Below, piece after piece: positions 58,426 through 64,000 of a stretch of 64,000 bases of DNA. The stretch comes from Podarcis gaigeae (lineage: Eukaryota): the NCBI GenBank assembly GCA_964106915.2, contig OZ066916.1; one strand, 5' to 3'. A model generated the notes under the pieces. That model was not told where the DNA came from, did not search any database, and was given only the letters and a program-made list of their open reading frames with translations. The position numbers and the translations under genes are program-made. How positions within the stretch are numbered: position 1 is the stretch's first letter; every line of letters starts with the position of its first letter.

Positions 58426-61400
58426 CTAAAATAAAAAATAAAAAAAGCTGCTTGAATATGGCTCTTTAAATTGCATACCGTGCCTGGAAAGAGCGGAGCA
58501 AAGGTTAAGTGTGGATAAGCCCTGAGTCAGATTCTGCACAAGTAGAAGCTGCAGGAAATCAGAAGACCACTGTGATGATTGGTATGCCTTTGGGCTATAG
58601 GAGCCTAAACCCTGATGCACGCTGAGGTTTCGTCATGCACTCATGTGCACAGGAGGGACTGCTGAACAGAGAGGAACCAGCAGCTTGTGTATAGACTGGC
58701 CCAGAAACTGAGCCGCCACCAGTTAAATCCTGCAGATGACGAGGGATGCCTTCAGCATGTACTTGCTAACGAGAGAGGATTGGGAGTGACTCTTCTAGTG
58801 CCCATGGCACACTCTTGATCCATTTGTTCTTCATTGTGTGTACTTTTCAAATGTCACTTTCTCATTATGTCATATTACTAAACCATAATGAGGATTAACC
58901 CCCTGTTTCCCTTCCCCGTCTTTCATAAGCCTATTAAAGGCTTATGCACATTGCTATAACTCAGCTATAGAAAGCATTTTTAGAAGCTGATGTCATTCAC
59001 AATCATCATAGGCACAATTGTGTGTTGTGACAAGACAGGTTAGAGTAACTCCTTACACACATACAACAATAAGACCCAATACAAAATTAAAGTTTCTTTC
59101 TTTGTTGCTATTAAAATTCTCTAGACGGCACACAGAGCAGTTTGTATGGATGGCTGAAAGTCTTCCGGTTAAATAAATGCATGACAACCAATATAATGCC
59201 CTTGTACTTATGGGATCTAATGAATCTTGCCACCTCTATGAAGATAAATATTTAAACATGGGTAGTAAGTGTTTATTGTTATTATTATTGCACCCTTCTT
59301 TTCTGCTACCGTTTCATTGGTTGTGACTCATGCTACCTCTACAAATCCCTAAGCAGATAGATAAAAATGGGGATCATTGAGAAATCAAAACAAAATGTTT
59401 GGACATTTACAAAACTTACTCGCCCTACCTCCATGCCTTGTTTTGCTCCTCCTGTTCTATATTTATGGCATATTTTAAAGAGATTTGATCATCAAAGCCT
59501 GAACTATGCTACTTCATGGGCTGCTCTGTTTTTAGGAATGGCTTTAGAATGGTATATTCTGCCTCTAGAGGTGAAGAACTACAAGGTAAGCTAAGATGTA
59601 TTTCAGCTCTAGTTTCCCATTGGCGAATCCAAAACACTGCAAACAAATATAGGGAAAACATTTCTTAAATTGTATACATAACCCACCCCCCTGCTGACAT
59701 TGCAGAGTAATTCTGTGTGTGTATCTGAATACACCACGTGGCTCATTTTTGAGTGACAGAGGATTTTGAACAGAATAGGCTTCCTATGTCAGCTGTGACA
59801 TAAGCACAGCCATTTTGTTTAATGTTTTTTCACAATGTTGCTGAATTATTTCTTTTGTTTTGTGTTCAAACCCTCAAAAATTGCAGTTTCATTTTCCTCA
59901 TCCTGCTGAGCTGAAGGAATATTATTTGTCTGCATTTCTGGATGTTCAGATAAATAATGGAAACTCTTCATCTTCTTTACATAACATGATGTGGTATAAT
60001 AACATAACTTGAAGTTGAGGGTGACAAACACTGGGGCATTGTGCAATCCATACAGTACTGAAATGCACCTTGATAGAAGAATGCACTCTTCATCAGATAG
60101 GCTTTCTTTTTTTCCAGGGTCAGAAGGACAGAGGAGGCCCTGTCGATTCTGCAGGGCCAAGGGACTTCCTTTAGGCAACACCGTGAGGGAGGGATAGATG
60201 AAGGCAGGGATAGGGAAAGTGTTGGCCCAAGTTGGGGGGCAGGTACCATTTGGGCACTGCTTCAGGCAGCATAAAAGTGTCTTGGCAGCAGCCATCTTGG
60301 AGAAGCAACTTGTTCAGTTAATTTTACAGTCTTGCCCTTGCCACTGACTGCCACATTTGGTCAGACGTACCTGCCCTTTATGTGATTATTACAGAGTTTG
60401 AAATATCTATATCGTCGCAAGTCTGTCGCAAGTGAATTGGGTGTTTCAGTTTGCCAGACCTGTCATAATAAATTAATTACAGGATGTTGCAGAAATGGCT
60501 GGGTTCCAGCAGCTTCTCTTGCACAGTTTAATATAGCCCCATTTCCCCATTTCATTGTATTTGTGGTTAGATAAATTCTCAGAAAATTTACAGCTGCTGC
60601 AGCTAGCTTTCTGCGCTTCCAACCTGTGTAACTATAGAAGTGTAACTAAAAATTGGTCTGCTTTTTTCATGCATTCATGTATTTCTTTACTGTTAAGATG
60701 CATTGTTCCATTAAAAGAAGCATTTGCAAGCTAAAGAAAAGTATTGGCATCAAGGAAATGAAAAGGGAATTGGTCAGCCCCCGAGACAATGACAGTGAAA
60801 ATGCTGCTTCAGTTGAATACACTGCCGTTGTTGGTATTTTAACTTTCCTCACTCAAGGGGGGTATTCACAGCACATAAATACAGCTAGACTAGGGAAGAA
60901 GGAAAATGACTCCTTTGAGGTACAAAGCTGCAACCAACTGAGTGCCACAGGCTATCACAATGAAGGCCTGGGCAAAGTGAGCACTGGTGCTCACTGTCCT
61001 CTGTTGGTGGGACAGGTGGCTTGACCTGGCAGTCATGTTGGGAAGCTGTAGTGCCCTGAGGAGTACTGGCTGCCACCATTAAATTCCCCACAGTACCCTA
61101 CACTCTTGTTCTTTCAGGTGCATTTGGGAAGTTAAAATGACAGCGAGGCTCCGCCCATAAAAAGATGAGAGTCTTTCTGGGTCAGACCAAAGGCCTATTG
61201 AGACTAGCATCTTGTTTTGCACATTCACACCGGAAAGCAGAACAAGCAGGACACAAAGCCAATAGCCCTTTCCTCCTCTCGTTTCTCAGCAATTGCTATT
61301 TAGTGACATCCTGCCCCATGTCCTGGATGAAGCCTCATGACTAGTTGGCATTGATAGGCCAGAGTACCAGGCCAGATTTTGCTTTAGAGGAGGGTCTAGT

Positions 61401-61875
61401 GAACGGTGAGCCTTGCCAGTTGGCTCTGAACACTAAAAACCTGCTCAGGCACTAGGCTAAATAGGTTCGCCTCCATTCCCATTTACCCTAAGGCTGGAGC
61501 TTTTTAGCCAGGAGTGGTCATTTAGGGAGGGCAGTTCTACCCCCCCTTATTTTAAGACCACCTGCATCATCTGTTACCAGCTAACTCTTACATCCCTGGT
61601 CAGCTGACTGGTGTTATGCAAAGAGCAACTATCAACATGCTAAATCAACACATTTTTATTTAAAGAATAAAAAGAATATAAAAAGTAGCAAACCTGCATT
61701 GATAGCACAAACAGGTTGTTAGCAGGTATAAAATTAGAAAAGAACCTTAAGAAATAATCTGTTCTTTTTTGTAGTTTGAGCTTGAAAATCTCCAAAAGAC
61801 TGGCCTTTCAGCTAGGCCAGTATATCCAACCAAGATTTCCCAAAGCTATCTGGAGCCGCAGATATTGCTCTCTTC

Positions 61876-62128
61876 AAGAAGAAGAAGAAGAGTTTGGATT
61901 TGATATCCCGCCTTTCACTCCCTTTAAGGAGTCTCAAAGCGGCTAACATTCTCCTTTCCCTTCCTCCCCCACAACAAACACTCTGTGAGGTGAGTGGGGC
62001 TGAGAGACTTCAAGGAAGTGTGACTGGCCCAAGGTCACCCAGCAGCTGCATGTGGCGGAGCGGAGACGCGAACCCGGTTCCCCAGATTAGGAGTCTACCG
62101 CTCTTAACCACTACACCACACTGGCTCT
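61876..62128 (-). mobile_element. Full-length Squam3-like tRNA-derived SINE
   Basis: Minus strand begins AGAGCCAGTGTGGTGTAGTGGTTAAG (A box), has a GGGTTCG B-box region and ends in a (CTT)n tail. Confidence 0.88.
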
Positions 62129-64000
62129 TCACCTCCGCAATGGCTCTGCTTTTAACTCCTAACCACAACCTTGGCCTACAAAAGGGATAGGGAACATGTG
62201 TTAGGAGTGAACTTTGGTAAACTCTTGTAATATAGTGCCCTGTGTTAGGCCAAAATCCCCTACCCCACTGGATCTTTTAGGTTATGGGTCTTCTCAATTT
62301 TGCATCCCCTCAGCTTAATACCCTGGGGGGGGGGGGCTGCCTGCACCACTCTAAATCTGACGTTGCTGTGCCCCTCCAAATGTTGCTGGACTCAAACTCC
62401 CATCAGCCCCAATCAGTACAGGATGAGTTGTAGTCTTGGACAGGACAGTTATCTCAGAATAATATGGAGGTCTGTATTGCCTCAAATGCAACCCCCAGAG
62501 AGCAGTTAATAGGGATGTTGGCTGTTAGTAGATAATTAATTTATTTTATTCATATATATCAAATTTCTTCCATTGGACTCAAGGCAGTGTAGTGTCCTAA
62601 AGTTGTGTTCCATCTCCGTTCTGATCAGACCTGTGAAATGTACCACAAATGCAGTAAAATGAGTTATTAAAAATTTGAACAAATGGTGATGACATTATTT
62701 GCTCAGGTGTCATTTGATGTAGGCCATTTGATCAAGTCCCTGCTTAGTGTGTTTTCTTCATACACTGGAAAAGTGTTCTTAGTAAGTTTTCTCCACTTAA
62801 CTGCAGGTCCTTGAAATAACAACAGTAGCAGCTGAATGGCAGTCACAAAACTGAGTATTCCTGATCAATCTTTAGCAAACGGAGGAATGCCCAGTCCTAT
62901 TAGCGTCTGACATTATCTTGTAATAACAATGCCAAAAGAGTGCCAAAAGAAGAACCCAGATACACAATATGTATGTTAAGAAATGCAGCATATTTACCTC
63001 AGAATAAGGGAAAGAGTTGAAAAGTAAATGGGTTACCTCAAGCAGAGGACAAGGTTAAAATTTCCCTTCCTTGTGAAAGAAAGTTATCCCACAAACTACC
63101 ATGCTCTGGTTTCTTGTCACTTTTCTGCTTATCCCTCAAAACAGAGTGAGCTCTCTTTCTTATATAGATGTTTCTCAGTCATACTTTCTGCATGTTACAT
63201 AGTTCATTTCTAAATGTATACTTTAATAGCTGAAACCCAAAGGAACTTTGAATTGATGTGGAACTTTTATAATTATCATTTTCAAATCATTGTAGATGAA
63301 ATAATGAACTAGAAATGAAAGGTTTTTTAACCACCAGCTATTGTTTCCCTTCAGAACTACCAAATGATATATTTTTTGACCAAAATACTTTAAGACACAG
63401 CACCCATCCATGTTTTGCCAATCTTTGTTCTAACACACAATTTCTACTTTTTTGCCTGTACAATGTTGATTCTTTCATTTATTTTTTTAAATGATGAAAG
63501 TGTATTTATTATTAGAGGTAAGCTATTCTTTTAAAGAAACAGTTCCATAGAATATACATTAGGATTTCAGAATTATATCTGCTTACTTAAAAACCATCAC
63601 CTACTGAACACTTCCCCTTCTACAAAAAGAATTTGGTTACTTACTGCACTGCAAGTGTTTCATAAACGGCACCTGCTAATGTATGCTGCAGTTACTGCAG
63701 AGTTGTGGCTACTATTTCACATATAGTAGAAAAGGTTTCTTTAAATAATATTCTCCTATTTGTGTTTACAAAACAAGTGTTTTGTCCCCCTTCTTTATCC
63801 TCTTCCCGTCTTCGATTAAGTATTTCCTATTCACCTTAGTAATTAGAGCAGAAGGATGCAGTGAATGCACTGCCTCATTATCAAGTTTGTATCCCTGGTC
63901 TCTGCAGAATGGCTACCATGCCGGCTATTTTTCATAGCTGTCTGCTTTTTCTTGTGTTGGACCATTGTTAACCCTAAATGATCCTGACATTCAATTCTTT

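Noticed and set aside
59846-60295. 149-aa minus-strand ORF as a possible last exon of AHI1 (the usual downstream neighbour of MYB)
   Set aside because: Only a faint HPEM-like resemblance, no convincing acceptor, and no WD40/SH3 exons in the window. tBLASTn with reptile AHI1 would settle it.

Overview
Vertebrate genomic DNA, most likely from a lacertid lizard (inferred from a Sauria SINE, Squam3-like SINEs, a Bov-B fragment and TA-flanked Tc1/mariner-type MITEs). The window holds the complete c-MYB gene on the + strand: a CpG-island promoter (~560-1240), 15 constitutive coding exons (ATG 1220 to TGA 35581; 1926 nt, 641 aa), an intact in-frame cassette exon 9B (23001-23360; 761-aa isoform), and a ~1.4 kb 3'UTR ending near AATAAA 36950. 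The remaining ~27 kb is repeat-rich intergenic DNA with no supportable protein-coding gene. I found no demonstrable new biological system. The best leads are: (1) a strong intron-8 acceptor opening a 149-codon in-frame ORF followed by poly(A) signals, a candidate truncated MYB lacking the negative regulatory domain; (2) a GC donor on intron 12 that splits the IKQE|VESP motif; (3) an out-of-frame overlapping uORF 8 nt upstream of the MYB AUG; (4) five miR-150 seed sites; (5) a 67-bp-arm inverted repeat inserted at the duplicated TATA box of a solo LTR. All coordinates were counted by hand. Comparisons with human and chicken are from memory, and repeat family names are by recognition, not by database search.
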